A stretch of DNA of 64,000 nt from Amphiscolops sp. MND2022 (lineage: Eukaryota). Of the stretch, positions 31,571 through 46,500 are shown piece after piece (position 1 is the first letter of the stretch; every line of letters begins with the position of its first letter). Where the stretch lies: positions 43,586,001 through 43,650,000 of the forward strand of contig OZ076420.1 in assembly GCA_964187785.1 (NCBI GenBank), in the 5' to 3' direction. The position numbers were made by a program, and so were the translations under genes. A model generated the notes under the pieces. The model saw nothing but the letters and a program-made list of their open reading frames with translations. It had not been told where the DNA came from and made no database searches.

Positions 31571-34500
31571 CTAACAGGTGATTGATTGGGAAGTGGCTGA
31601 CTGGACCACGTGACCTGAGGTAGATGACGACTTCATGACAATGTTGATTTTCTGCTCGAAAGAGACAACTCCCACTGTGTACTTGACCTCGTTTTTCCTT
31701 GAGTTCTGATTGGTTGACGAAACCAGGGCACTGGGCCGACTACTTCGCTCGTGAGGGCTTCTGCCTCGCATTTTACGCCACAACTTGCAGCTCAGGGATT
31801 TCACTTTTGACCTAAGCAAAAAATCAATATGTGCAAAGATTGTTTTTTTCTCATCTGTACATTTTTGAAGAGACATGTTTGAACAAATGCTTATCTGCTC
31901 AATTCATTTAAACGAACAAAAGCACAATAAACATTGTGAATACTTCGAAAGGGAGCTTTTAATGTTTAAACATATCCAAAGCTTCCATAGATAATTCAAA
32001 CCTCAAATATAAGTTTTAAAATTCAGTATATTGAAAGCTTTACTACTCTGGATGATTTCTGCATTACTTCGTTCTATAAATCATAGGTAAACAAATTGTA
32101 ATTTGAACTATAAACGTTATTTAAAATTTGAAGATTCAGTAGTTTAAAGAAAACGGTTCAATCATTTAAAAGGTCGCTTGGTTGGTTGTAGCGTTTAGTT
32201 TTATAGTGTGTTCAGTCAACCCGTAATCGGATTTTACCTTTTTTGACACTGAGTGATGAAAAATGCTTTTGTTCGAATTTTTAAAATCTTCAATTCGTAT
32301 CCCCCTTGTTCTTCGCTTGCCCGCAGAAATCGGACCAAATGCAGTTTCCATTTCAGCAACTATAGTTCAAAAGACATAAAAGGCACTCTTTTTGATATTA
32401 TATATCTCACAAAAGGCTGTTTGTTTCAGTTTTCCAGTATTTAGCAGTTTTTGCATCACCGAGAGACGCTTCTTTGTCATGACTAAAGTGCACTAAAATC
32501 TTTTCGAATCATGTTATGCTTGAATGATTGAGGTAGACAATGCTTCATAAAACAAAGCCCGAACGGCATAAGTCGGCGCCCCGCCTAAGGCTCAAGAAAA
32601 GCTGAAAAGAACTTAAAAGCGTCAAGGATTCTCTTTTGAAAAAAATACTGTCACGACCCGCTCTAGGTCGAAACTTCACTTGCTGCTCAGGGATACCCGG
32701 GTTCAGGAATGGAGCTGGTCACGGCTACAGCAAATACTATTAAGTAATTCAATTTAATTAATTCTACTTACAGTACAGCTAACGAATCTGAAGATAATTT
32801 TCCGAATAACAAATTTGACGCACGGAGTATTTTTTGGGCTCCACGTTACGGAGTGTTTTTGGGGAATAATTTACCGTAACAAAACTTCCAGTTTATCTAT
32901 TTTTAGCGTGATCATTTTACCTCCGGTTTTTGACTTCTGAAATTTCCATACCAATCTAAATACTAAAATAAAAACCCTTTTCAAAAAGGGATCATTTCTT
33001 TCTTCTTCACACTAAAATGAAACAACAAAATAACATTTAGTCCCGCAATCCCAACGGAGCTCATACGATCTAAAATAGAAAGAACATATAAAACAGTATA
33101 ATGGAATTGTTTTCCAAAATTAGGACAGTTGTCAAAATCTACTTATATTGGAGCCAAGTAACTTAAGCAAATACTCACAACATTATGACAAAGTCACTCA
33201 AATAAACTAGTAGCTGGTGTTTCTGTTTTTACGGACCAAAAGCGTCCTTCTTTGGCCGGATTATTTCAGCTCAAACCAGTAGAATTCATAGTTGGCTGCC
33301 TTAGCAACGCCAACTGGCTAAGAGAAAGAGAATGAAATCATCTACACTCTCCGCTGTATCTCCGTCAGCCTTCGCTCAGCTATATCTAATATTAATACGT
33401 ACGTCGCGCTTACGGTGCAAATTGTAAAATTGTAAAGTTATACCTTATCTTAATACATACGGCGCGCTTACGGAAAGTCTTGCTAAATGAGGAATATGGA
33501 AAGGATCTCGACACTAGTTTTGAGAATAGTCTTATAGGGAAACGACGTACTCTAGAATTATGATTTTACATAACAAAACTGGACTGTAAGGTAGAATTAG
33601 AAAATCATATCGTTTGACAGCAGATGTCTAAATTTGTGTTACGGTTGAAATGAAGGAATTACGTCAATCTTACGTTATGATCTATCCTTTAAAGATGGCA
33701 TCACATGTTTTACTCTTTTGTATTCAGAAGTAATAAAGACGACGTAAGATTTTCGTTTTCCTATTTTGAGAAGGATGTGTTGATCTCAGAATGCTGTTGA
33801 GATATTCGCTGTTGCGAATGTATTTTATTTTAATACCTTAACGTGTAAACCTAAACCTGACAGAGTGCTAATTTATGTTTTGATATTAATAGTAGTTTTT
33901 ACAATTTCGTAGTGTTTTGTTTGCGTTATATAATTGGCTCTAACTGTCTTGGCATCATTTGTTTCTCATAAATTCATGAGATATGCATTTTCAATCACAG
34001 AAATATCTGCTCCGTTTCACCAATGTCACCATTTTTGCCTGTCATTCTTTTGCTTCGAACTTTGGAATCTTCAACTTGGGAATTAACTAATTGATCACGC
34101 CGCCGTGCCTTCGTCGATGAAACTGTCAGCTAGACTTTTATTTTACCTCGCTTTTGAGTTGAAACAGGAAATGTAATTGCCTGAACAAAAATGAATTCAA
34201 CAAATAATACGGAATAACGACGCTACTAGAAATTTCGATACCTGATTTAATGACGCAGGACTGAGATAATTTGAATCATGAGCGCTTTTTAGTGAACAAG
34301 CCCAAGTTTTGCGATACCTAGGAATTTTGAGGAATTAGGTGAGGAACAAATGATGATGGGAAGGTATAAATATGTTAAATCCACATGTAGAATCAGTTGA
34401 TCTTGTAATCATTTTTACACTTGAAATTGTTCCGTTACATTAACGAAAAACTCGAATAACCTCTGACAAATTCACCTCTTACCAGAGACTTTGAATTTTC

Positions 34501-37500
34501 AACAAAATGACAACTAGAAGCCGAAAAAGATAAGCAGTTGCTGAGTTAGTCTCAGGAGATTCTGAAGCCTTTGAAGCTGAGAATAGTCTAGCTGGAAATC
34601 TTGAAGCAAGTTCTAGCAAATCTCCTAGATTTCAATCTGAGAACTTAGACGAAAAAACGTCTTTGAGAAAAGAAATCATCTCTGATTTAGCGAAAAGTTT
34701 TTAGCTGATTTAGCTGGAAACCAAAAAGAAATGTTAAAACTCATATCACCAATGAGTAAAAAACAGCCAGGACATCCAAATAATCAAGTTTCTGATTCTG
34801 AGCCTGAAAATGTCTCCGCAGCCAGAACGTCAACGCCTTTAAAAACAAATGCGACTAGTTCTAAAACTACACCAAGCAATAGTCGTAACAATTACAATTT
34901 AACAGTACTTGAAAAAACAATAGGGGGACCCTTCTGGTCCTAAAAGGGCCCTTTTTTATTCTCAACTGAAATATCATTTTCTTTGGACATAATGTCAAAA
35001 ATTAGGTATTTTTCCGATTTTAGAAGGAAACCCAATATCAAAACTGATACGATTCGAACCTGCGACTTTTCCTGAGTAAAACGCAATTTACTTCGGATGT
35101 AACGTCGAAAATTCGGAAAAAGCGCAGATGTTTTGAACCTCTGCCAACTCCTTACTAAAACGCCGAAAGAGGTGTGTAGAATAAACAAGACGTCTAAAGT
35201 CGGCGCGATATCTAAGGCTCAAAAAGGGCAAAGTTTTTAAAATTGTGAAAAGGGAACCCTCTGGGCTTTTTGATAGTCCAGTTTGTTTAATATAAAAAAT
35301 TTGAAAGGGGATCCTTTGGAGACATGAAAAATTTTTGGAAAAAAAACCAAAAATCAGAATTTTGAAAAAGTCTCAGTGCCGAAAAACTCAAAGCAGGGGA
35401 GACCCTTTGTGCTTTTTGAAATTTCGGTTTGCTGCAAAATACAAAAAAAAATGAAAGGGACCCTTTGGAGACAAAAAAAAATCCGAAAAAAAAGTCGCAC
35501 AGTGCCATACGAACTTCAAAGGGGGACCATAGTCCCGTTCGGTTTTGTATCTTACGTTAATAATTGAGTACTTGAAATGGGGACCCTTTGCACTAACTAA
35601 GATGCGTTTCCGCTAGCTGGTCCAGTAGTTTAGTAGTTCTGTAGAAAAAGTGTCCGCTACGCATACATTCTGTTGTCTGACAAAAAAAATACTCGTTGTA
35701 ATAGTCGAGCTTTTTTCTTTTAAAGGAAAAGACGCCGACTAAAAAATGACAGCCACAAGTTTTGCTGATGTAGACAAAATTTTGTTCACCATTCCTTTGT
35801 TTCAAAATTGATAGATACCTATACATATTCCTGATACAACGTACCGAACGAGAAAAAAATTGATATACGAGCTATATTCAAACTATTTATGCCGAAGTAT
35901 TATGTTTCGCATCAAAAAATGGTGGGAACTTGAATCTAACTAGTGTCGAGCTTCGGCATTGTAATCTACAGCTATCTATCAAAGTTCGACACTAATTGGA
36001 TTCCTACTCTCTTCGTTCAAAGTGCAAACTCTTGGAATTCTTGATAACAAAAGGTCTTGGCGCGATTTATACCAAGATCGCCGCAAATAGTCGATGTCAC
36101 ATGTCAAGACGGTCTCACAAGTACGTGTCAAGAGCTTTGAGAAAATGACAGTAATCAATATAACCAGATGCTATGTGAGGCAGTACCTATTTTGACGCAG
36201 CTGTTCACACTATCGACCAAGCAATCAAATCTTGAATTTCAAAAGTCCTTGTTGCCTTCAAAAAGGTAGTGTAGCTGGTAGTGTGAACAGTAGCAAAGAG
36301 GTTGGAAGCAGAAACATTGTTTGTTTTAAAAATAATTCCATCATAGCTCATGTTAAACAAGACGCCCGCTATGCACCGGGATATTTTCCGCCTTCGATTG
36401 GCTAACAATTGACACAATCGAAAATTTACCTCCTTCTTGGTAAAACGCAATTTACTTCGGATATAACCTCAAACGTTCGAATATTGCGTGCTGGGACAAA
36501 TGGGAGCGCTTGTTTTCGAACCCCCGCCTCCTCCTTAAAACGCACTATTAAATATAAAATGAAGTAAAAAATGGAGATTTGGCAAAATTTGGAAAAATCG
36601 CAGCACATATTATGATTTTTCTCCTCTATACACAAATAAATTTGTGGGAGCGGAAAATATTTGAGAAAGATCTTGACACGAGCTTCACAGGTAGTTTGCA
36701 CAGTGATTTTGAAATTTCAAAAAGTTCTATTTTATGCAAATGAACGCAAATACAGCTTGAAGCACTTTGTGAAGTTTACATTGGTTTGCTAACCGAATGC
36801 GTCGAACAAGCGCGATTATAGGGTATCTTAAATCTCTTTGGCTCCTTGGCTAATATCACCTTAGTTCTCAAATCTTATTGACTCCGGCGACTTGAACTTC
36901 CATTTTCCCGTTAATTAAGTATTCTCGTTAATTTAAAGGTCACTTTAAAACAAATAAATTGCTGGAAAATTTCATCAAGTTTTTTAAAATTTGAATGGCA
37001 TTATGTTCTTTGTGTACCGGGTTACTGCAATAGTTGTAAAACAACTCCAAACTTTATTGAGGAAACTTTGAATTAGAAGCACCCGTGCTTGCACTCCAGT
37101 GGACTTAAGTCCTTGCCAGGACAACTCAAGACAAGAATTATTGTTCGGGACGCATACTATAGAGCTGTAAAGCTCCTCTCTGCGTCCCGGTCAGATAGTT
37201 CTATTGTTGCCTTGAATTATTGACTGTTGGTTAATAGTTGTCTGGCCGAATTAACTCAAATATTCAAATATTCAAGGATTCCAAGTCTTTGACAGGATAA
37301 CTCAAGGATTCCAAGGACTGCCAAGGATTTCCACAGTTTACGAAAATTTCGCAAGTTCTTACCAATCCTGGTGCAGTCCTTGAGAAATTTCGATGAAAAA
37401 TACGAAGTTACAAATGGGCGCGACCATTTTAAATTTGAGTAGGAAAAATTTAGTTTCAAGTGTATTTTGTGTCAATTATGTCTCATGAGCACTGGGTTAT

Positions 37501-40500
37501 GGTCCGAATAATTGTTCCGGTACTATTCCCATAGTCGAGACTATGTCTGGGCTCAATAGTACCGGATATAATGATAGAAAAAGGGGTTTTCCGGGAGAGG
37601 GGAAATAAGATCTAACGGAATAAGATCTAAATCAATCAAAGGTCTTTTCGACGTCATGAGCTGATTTTTGATGGAATTCGAGAATGGTTTTTGTGCTCAT
37701 TTATTTGATGTGTTATTGTGAATGGTGCTTTTTTTATGCACCTGCTCGTTGGTAGCCCTGCCAGTGTCGACTGTTTCTCAGTTTCTCAGACTTGCCCACC
37801 AAGACTATAAAAACGAATATTTTCGAGGTCGTTTTATGACTATTTGACTAGAGACAATTTTCACGATTTTTGTAAGGTAACATACAGTAAAAACCTTCTT
37901 GCGGCACCTAATAACAGTTATTTCAACTAAATATAGCACCTATTTGGCCCTTATAAGCCCTGAATCGGTTTTGGATTTTTCAGTGTTCCAGTCCTTGGTA
38001 AGGACTGGTCCAGGACTTGTAAGGCTAAAAGTGGCACTGGTAAGGACTGGTCCAGAACTTGACAAGTCCTTACCAGTCCTTGGGAATCCTTGGCAGTCCT
38101 AGAACTCAAATTTTTGTCAGTACGGGTAAAAAGGTAAGATTTCAAGATATATACTCTTCTGACAATGGGCTACAATAATTTAATTCAAAATATTTTTGGA
38201 GACAAGCAATATCAACATTTTTGAGAGATTCCAATATAATTTTCTGTTATAAATTCAAACCCAAGCGTTTAATGCAAACATGCTTCAAAAAATTACAATT
38301 ACAATATTTTGATCATAAAGTGGATTTTTTAACCTGCAGCTCTTAGAAATTTGATACGAAAGATTTTGTATTCACAATGAAAATGAGAGACCCTTTAGCA
38401 AACGTGTCGTTTTTGAGTACTCGTTGACAAATTGTACAACTAAAATTGACATTTTATTAAGCATTCTTTTTGGCACACCTCTGTAAAAGTCGCATGCTTT
38501 GCATATACACAAAAATTGGACATGTCTGAAAAGTAGAACAATAGTTACAACTTACAAACTTCTAACGTATTCGTTGATTTGCAAGTTTCCCTTAATTTGT
38601 TCTGATGGGTTTTAGAAAACCATATTGAAAGTTGGTACACCATGGAAACTCTAAACAGCATGCACATTTTTTATCAATTTCGGCAAAATTTAGCAAAAAA
38701 CTGTAGGTTTGAAACTAGGATGCAATTTGAGGTTTCAAATCTGCTGTTCCCCTTGAAGCTATTAAATTTTCTCGATCCGTTTATGCAATGGAGAGTCAAC
38801 AATTATAATGAAAATCAAATTATTGAAAAGTAATAGTCGATTTTCAGTAACGCCTATACAACCCTCAGGGGTTGATTAGTCAATGTGAGAAAAGATGGTA
38901 TTTTCATTGTTAAAATCCATCAGACTACACATTTTTTTCTGTAGAAATTTTTAATAATCTGCAAATTTTTACATTGATTGTTTAGAAAAGCACAGCCATT
39001 GCAATAGCGCCTTTCTGTGAAAAACAAAAAACTATCCTTTTGTTTACAATCAGTCGGGAGGAATGAAAGTATGACGTATGCAATTTTCGATAATGAAGTA
39101 TTGATTGATTACTTTACAATGCATCTGAACAAATTTTTTTTTGGTTTTTAATTTTCATTTAATGCAATGGCAACCCCGCTGGGTGTTGATAAAAACCTCA
39201 ATGGGTTACTTTGAGCTATTTTTGCTAAGGTTTCAATTAGTTTGTTTGGTGACATTTACTTTTTATTAAGACTATATAAATTGTTCAATAAAATGAAAAA
39301 TGAAAAAGAAATGAGCATATTTGAGAATGAACCAAAATTATTATTTATTCTCATTGTCTTCTCCATTTTACTTTTATTGAACAACTTCTATAGTGCTAAT
39401 GAAAAGTTAGTGTCAAAGTAAAAAGTTATTTTGGAACATTCTCATCAATTTTCTGACGGAAATCTGTAGCATTTTAAGGAATGTTATTCAGGACTTTTGA
39501 AAATTCAAGTGTGAATAATAAAATATCTTATAAGCTTTTAATTCGCATATTTTGACCAAATAGAGCGTTCTCTTTGGCTGACAAGAGTCTTTTAACGCTC
39601 TAAACAGCATTTTAAAATAAAAGTTTGAAAAACACTACAATAGTTTAGATACTAGCCAAAAGCCAAAAAGCGGCAACTAAAATCGATTTTTCATAAGCTA
39701 AACCAGAGCCGCATAGGCGGTAAGGGAGTCAACTTAGGTCTTTTTCTTTCTGACTCGCTCGGATCCCAGTCATGCGAATTTGATGAAATTGCACACAAAG
39801 GACCATAAAATGGTGTAGAATGACTGTAGAACATTTCGTTCGAATCCTATGGACAGTTTTTGAGAAAATCGAAAAAAGTCGAAAAATGGCTGTTTTTTGG
39901 CAATTTTTGGGCTAATTTTGGCTATGTTTCTCACATTCCAGTCATGGGATTTTGATGCCATTGTTAAGGCATTTGGGTGTAGAATGAATGTGCAAAATTT
40001 CATGAAAATCGTATGGGCAGTTTTGAGAAACTTGAAATTTTCATGAAAAGTCGGGAGGAAAAAAAACAACACGATTGCATAAGTAGTCGGAAATTTTTTC
40101 CGACTCCTAAAAACCTTGTTGATACCGGGTTTTGATAATTCTTTTCCCGTCCAGATTGGATCGTTATTTCTTCTTAACGTAAAAGTTGTTATTCTCCTTT
40201 CCAATGAAATAAACTTTCTTTTTCTTTACATGATTACGTTACAGGAACAAGTCAGCAGTATTAATTATAATTAATACTGCTGACTTGTTCCTGTAACGTA
40301 ATCATGTAAAGAAAAAGAAAGTTTATTTCATTGGAAAGGAGAATAACAACTTTTACGTTAAGAAGAAATAACGATCCAATCTGGACGGGAAAAGAATTAT
40401 CAAAACCCGGTATCAACAAGGTTTTTAGGAGTCGGAAAAAATTTCCGACTACTTATGCAATCGTGTTGTTTTTTTCCTCCCGACTTTTCATGAAAATTTC

Positions 40501-43500
40501 AAGTTTCTCAAAAACTGCCCATACGATTTTCATGAAATTTTGCACATTCATTCTACACCCAAATGCCTTAACAATGGCATCAAAATCCCATGACTGGAAT
40601 GTGAGAAACATAGCCAAAATTAGCCCAAAAATTGCCAAAAAACAGCCATTTTTCGACTTTTTTCGATTTTCTCAAAAACTGTCCATAGGATTCGAACGAA
40701 ATTGTTTATAAACCAACAACATTCCAGAAACGATTGACAAGATTCTAATTGACGAATTGGCCAATCAAAGAAGCTATTCGTACTGACTGAACACGCCACA
40801 CAAACTGACCTGAATCGTTTGGCCATGACGTTGTACAGGAACGGATTGACGATGCTGTTGCTGAAGTAGAGAATAGAGAAGATTCCGATGAGGACCACTT
40901 CGTGCAGTAGCCCCCACCCAGTGGGTCTGTCCACTTTCAACTCCACCTTCACACTCCGGATGAACATGATCCACCGGTAGGGGGACATCAGCAGCACGAA
41001 CGAGATGAGAAGAAGGATGAACATCTTCATCATCTGAATCACATCACAAACACGCATCCCAGTGTTGGAAGCCATGGAACCCTTGCCATTATCATGGCAA
41101 ATCTTGCTAAATCATGGTTAACCATGGTACCCTTGTCAAGATCATGGCAAATCATGATACATGGAACGCTTGTCAAGATCATGGCAAGATCTTGACAAGA
41201 TAACCATGGTAAGCCATGTAAGCTGGTATTAATTGTGCATAATTTATTCTTTTCGCAAAAATTCCTCGTCGTCTGCAATTTCTGAATTAGCCATTGTTAT
41301 AACTTCGGACATAACATTTATTTATCGAAAATAGTTTTTCAATTGAAAATTATCCAAAACTTGCTCAATAATTTGCTGCACGTATTGACTTCGAACACTG
41401 GGATGTTTTTATTCTCAGTAGACAAAATCCGGTGTTTCCACAGGTTTGTTTTCAATCGACTTTGACCCCAGTAGTTTCACAAATGTCATTGCAAAAAAAA
41501 ATATTCAAGCGGTTGATCTAACATTTAGTTCATCCAATGTTTCCATATATGGGAAGTAAATGCAATAAAGAAAAAAATCTATTTTGCGTTCATACAATGG
41601 CTGAAATGTTTCCATATATGATCATTGTATGAACTAAATTTTCCATAAATGGCCATTGTGTGAACTAAATTTTTTAGCTTAAGGTCTTTGTATGAACTGA
41701 ATGTTTCATACATAGTCATTGTCGAACTTCCACGTTTCCCATAAAAAATTATAGTACAAACAAGTTTAATTTAGAAAAATTTTTCAAATGGTAATGGCCT
41801 AGGGTTTTATAAGCTGATCATTTTATAAGTTGCAATAGTGTAAATTGCAGAGTAATCATACAAGATTTACACCAGAATCTTACTGAATTTTCTTAACTTA
41901 CTGGGGTTTCATAAAAAGTAACTCTGCATGCAGGCCTGCAGCATGTAAAAATAGTGCAGCAGTCTCGGATAGTGTGATTACGTTTTGCTAACTTGCCATC
42001 ATGGAATACGTACGCAAATTTTGTAAGAATTTTTGTATGAAGTACGCAAATTTTGCAAAATTTTTGCAAGAATCTTGCAAGAAATATAGTGCTATGTACC
42101 AATCTTGCAAAAATTGCGATTCTCTTACAAACTTGTAAGATTCTTGTAAGAAATGCAATTTGAAGTTTTTTTATACCGTCATTTCCTGGCTTAGTTGATG
42201 TCATATATCACAATATTTGACTTTTTATGATCTAGATGTTCTTTTATGGAGGTCAACCCGGGCAGATGAAATTAACGGTCATACATTTGGTGGTATATGA
42301 CGTCAAAAGAACGAATGGTGAAAATTGAAACAATCAAAATTAAATGCCAATCTTAAGTTCCTCGAGGGCACAGCGCATCTGTAGAATTTATTGAACTGAT
42401 AAAACAAATCTTTATCATTTTATTGAATAAAGGATTCACAAATTAGGTTACTGTCCGAGGAGCAGCTTAGTATACGGGAATGTATTTTTTAAATAATATG
42501 GACTTCCCATTGCTAACTAAATAAATTGCGGAAAATTGTACCCAACCGGTGTAGAGGTTTTTGGGTTTTACGATCCGAAATTACCCAAAAGCATAAAAAT
42601 CATTCAGTTAATGAAAATAGCGGTAAATCAAAGACGTCTTATCCCCAAAATGTTCCTAGTTATGACACCAGACGAAAACTCAAGAAAGATCTTTGCTCAA
42701 AAATTGTTCAAAAAGACCCAGATGGCTTTCTGGAGGATATCTTTTCATCTCTTTCTTGGAGAAAAAATAATCAAATTTAGTCATAATTTGGTCCATAAAT
42801 TTGTCTCCTTCTGCTCATACCCTTCTTCCCATGCGCCTTGAGCCATGACGTCACATCAAGAAGCTCGAAATTATTCCTGTGTAAATGATAGACTTCAAGA
42901 GTTCATGGGAACTTTTAGTTTTCCACTTTTCAATTCATTTTCGTCTCTTTCGTCATGTTAGAAAAGGAAAATGGGTTAAGTGGAAGTTTTTCCAGCAATG
43001 TCGGCCAGATGCTATTTCCTCGATACGTGGCGAGTAAATTGCTAGTTCTGTACTTTGAATTCTCAGTCGGGGGAACAAAGCGTCACATCTCCGCAATTCT
43101 GACCTTTTTTCTATTTTTCAAGAAGTTAACTTTTTAAGTTAACAAGCTGGAAGCGATCTCGGTCTGTCCACCGCATCAGACTTGAAAAGCATTATCTTTG
43201 AAAATGCCCAGAAATGTTACTTGAGAAAATTCAGAAAAAAATCAAGGGCTTAAAAGAGCCCTTAGGCTTAAAATGACTTTTCTAGAATTAACAGGAAATT
43301 TTTTTGAGAGCACCATGGGACACTCTGATCTTGGGAAAGTTATGTAAAGTTTGGTCGGTTGGAGTGGGTTGAAGTAAAAAGACGATAATTCACTGTTATT
43401 CTTGGTCCATGCTTCATGTAGTGGTGACTAATAGAAACTCGTCGTCGACTAGTCTCTGAAGAACTTTCTTGCAATGTTTGATTAGCAAAAACAGTTAGCT

Positions 43501-46500
43501 TCCTTCTTTACTAAAAGAAAAGTCCTCGAATGAAACGAATTTGAAAGGTTCTTCCATATTGAAAGACAGCTACTCAAAAACAAACGCAGAATTTTTTTCA
43601 AAAAAAGCGTCTCAGCTTTCTTTTCCAGTCCCGATAGACACGCTTTAATACTCAAATTTCAAAAAGACTTTTCAGTTTTCATGAAGTGAAACGCGACTCT
43701 ACTGGTGACTTTTTTCAATCCACACGAAATGACCAAAACAACTCTTAAAAGTTCTGCGATACTTCAAGTTGCCAAAGTGGACCATTTAGCCCAAGCAACT
43801 AAACCAAAAGAGTTGCTCTTTTTTTCAGCGCAACATATAATGCCGGGCGAGACTAGAGGGTCCCATTCCATTTTTTTTCGGGCATTGTGAGACTTTTTTC
43901 CGAAAAGTTTTGATTGACTTCGAAAATTGTTTTTTCAACAAAAGGCCCCCTTCAAATTTTTTTGATGTTTTGTGACAGAAATGTTGAGATATCCGAAAGG
44001 GTCCCTCTTTTAGCCCGCCAATTCGGTCCAACTTTTGGGTTTTTCGGGTACTGGAGAAGAGAATACTTGAAACTTTGAAGTCCTTTTGCTGCTTTTGATC
44101 CTTAGATATAGCGCCGACTTATGACGTTCTGGGCTTGTTTCCATTTTTAAAACAAATCAATTCAGAACATTCAGTGTTTGGTTTTTTGACTTTTGGAAAG
44201 TTTCAGTAGGATTTCCCCGTTTGTTCTGGGAACCGTTTGTTGCTCAAAAAGGGTGTCTCTGTTTTTGATTTTTGCAAAAGATTATTTGTTTTGTATAACA
44301 AAATTAGCAGCTGATATTAATATCGAACATGAGGTGCATTGGCATTGCGATTTGTTTCGTTTACCGAAGAAAAGTGCCGAAAAATAGGTTATTATCACCA
44401 ATATTGAGAAAACTCTCATCTGCTCCACGGGACCAAAACATAAAACAATGAACTCACCCTTTGAAAAAGTGTCTCAGAAACCCTCAAAACACTAAATCTC
44501 GGAAAAAATTTCCCACAATCGAAAAAAAATTCGGTAAGTCGGATTGTGCCGAAAGAACCAAACGTAGCCAACTATGCTTGCAAAACGTTTTGTTCCTGCT
44601 AAAAACTAGATGGGCACGTCGATGTTTTTTTTGAAAAAAGTCACGTTCGGAAAAACTCCTGAAGAGGGGCTCTTTATTCTCTCCCTATTTTTGCAAACAT
44701 TAAAAACTTTGGCTTAGGCGAGGCTCGAACCCTCTCCTGTTTTTCAGACCCCAGCAACAGGACAGAAAATCCGAGTTAACCAATAGGCCGACTAGCAGCG
44801 AGAATTTGGTAACTTATAGAAGGACTCATATAAACCTCTCAGTACGCTGATCTTGAAAAAAAAGAATCTGTAATATTTTCTAGCGTTCCGCCTCCTCCTT
44901 ACTATACCCCGCGTCAAAAAAATGTCAAAAAATACAAAACTTAAATTGCAAGTATCTTGTATTTGACGCAACATAGAAGTGTAATATTTTACAACAAGCA
45001 AAGCCATGAACAGATAGTCAGTTATACTTAATTTAATATGAGATTACTCCTCCACGATTCGCAATACAGAGTTGTCAACGGCGGGGGATTGAATTCATCA
45101 AGTTCACCTGTGTATGGCGGGAAATTGATCCGGCTATGGACTGAATTGACGATTTTAGTTCCTCCAGAGTTGCAGGGGACACTTTCTCAATGTGTCTTCA
45201 TTATGGACCACAGATTTTTAATTGGCGACAGATATGGGCTATTTACAGGCCACAGCATTTTCTGTATAGAATTTTCCTGGAAGAATTCTAGTGTCTTTTT
45301 TGACGTATGTGGCCTTGCCCCGTCTTGCTGTAAGACCCAGCAGTTTGGATAGAGTGCTTTGGCGTATGGGATGAAGTCGCTAACAATTTGGATGTATTTT
45401 TCCGAATTTATGTTTCCATCAATTGTCGTTATGTAAAGCCCTTTGTAACAAAACTCCTATGTAAAACGTAAAATTCGGCGTGAAATATTTGAGCTGTTTC
45501 CGCCAGATTACGTTTGCATGGTTTTACCTTGCATGTAAAAAAGAAAATTCAATTTTCATGCATTAGTTTCAGAGTCATTTCATTTCAAAATTTTTGACAT
45601 TTTTTTGACGCGGGGTATAGAACTAAATTTACTTCGAACATAACGTCAAAGATTCGGATAGAGCGCAACAAATTCGAACCCCGCCTCCTCTATAGTAGAA
45701 TACAACTCACATCATATATAATGTCAAAAAATTGGATACAGCGTGCTGGCTAAGCTAAATGGTCTTTACTGTATACCTGTTCCATATGTTTTCCGTGAAA
45801 GTAGACGGATCAGAGAAAAAAGCTCATCACTGTGAGATTCTTGCATTTTCGCCGAAAGCGATTACCAAAAAGAAAGAATATCAAATGAAAAGATGGAATC
45901 TTATCAATGAGGAGTTCATCTTCTTGCCGAAACCTAATAAATATCAATAATTTGGAATCACGAAAAACTAAGTCTTTTTTAAATTGCCCAGGAAGACTTT
46001 CTCGTGAAACTGTCATCAACCTCACTGTTCCGGCAAAAAATCAAAAAAAATGATCCTAGAGAATCGAGAAACGTTTTTACTAACTGAAAAACATCAAAAA
46101 ATTTTCGGGAAATTCGAAAAAAAACTAAACCGCTTATTTCGGCAAGACGCACCGTACCGAAAAATTCGAGATAGGGACTTTTCAGGCTCGCTAAACACTT
46201 TTATTTACACGAAAACGTGAAAAAAAGAACAGTTTTCCTCAAAAAGTCCCCATCAAAAAAAATTGTTGAATTATTTCTTTCGAAAGAATTAGCACCATAT
46301 CAGAAATACCAAAGCAATACTTTACATTGGCAACAAAGTTTCTTTCGCTAGATTTTGAAAAAAGGATGGGTTTTTTGGTATTTTTCGAATGCGCAAAAAA
46401 ATTGCACAACCAATTCGTACCCACGTACACCTGCTTGCCAGGCCCACTCACAACAAGAAAAATCCTTCACTAGCCTCTAGGCCAAAGTCAAAAGCTTTCT

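Noticed and set aside
39770-40711. Pair of near-identical 144-aa and 126-aa ORFs as genes
   Set aside because: They are by-products of a palindromic non-coding repeat and are frameshifted relative to each other.
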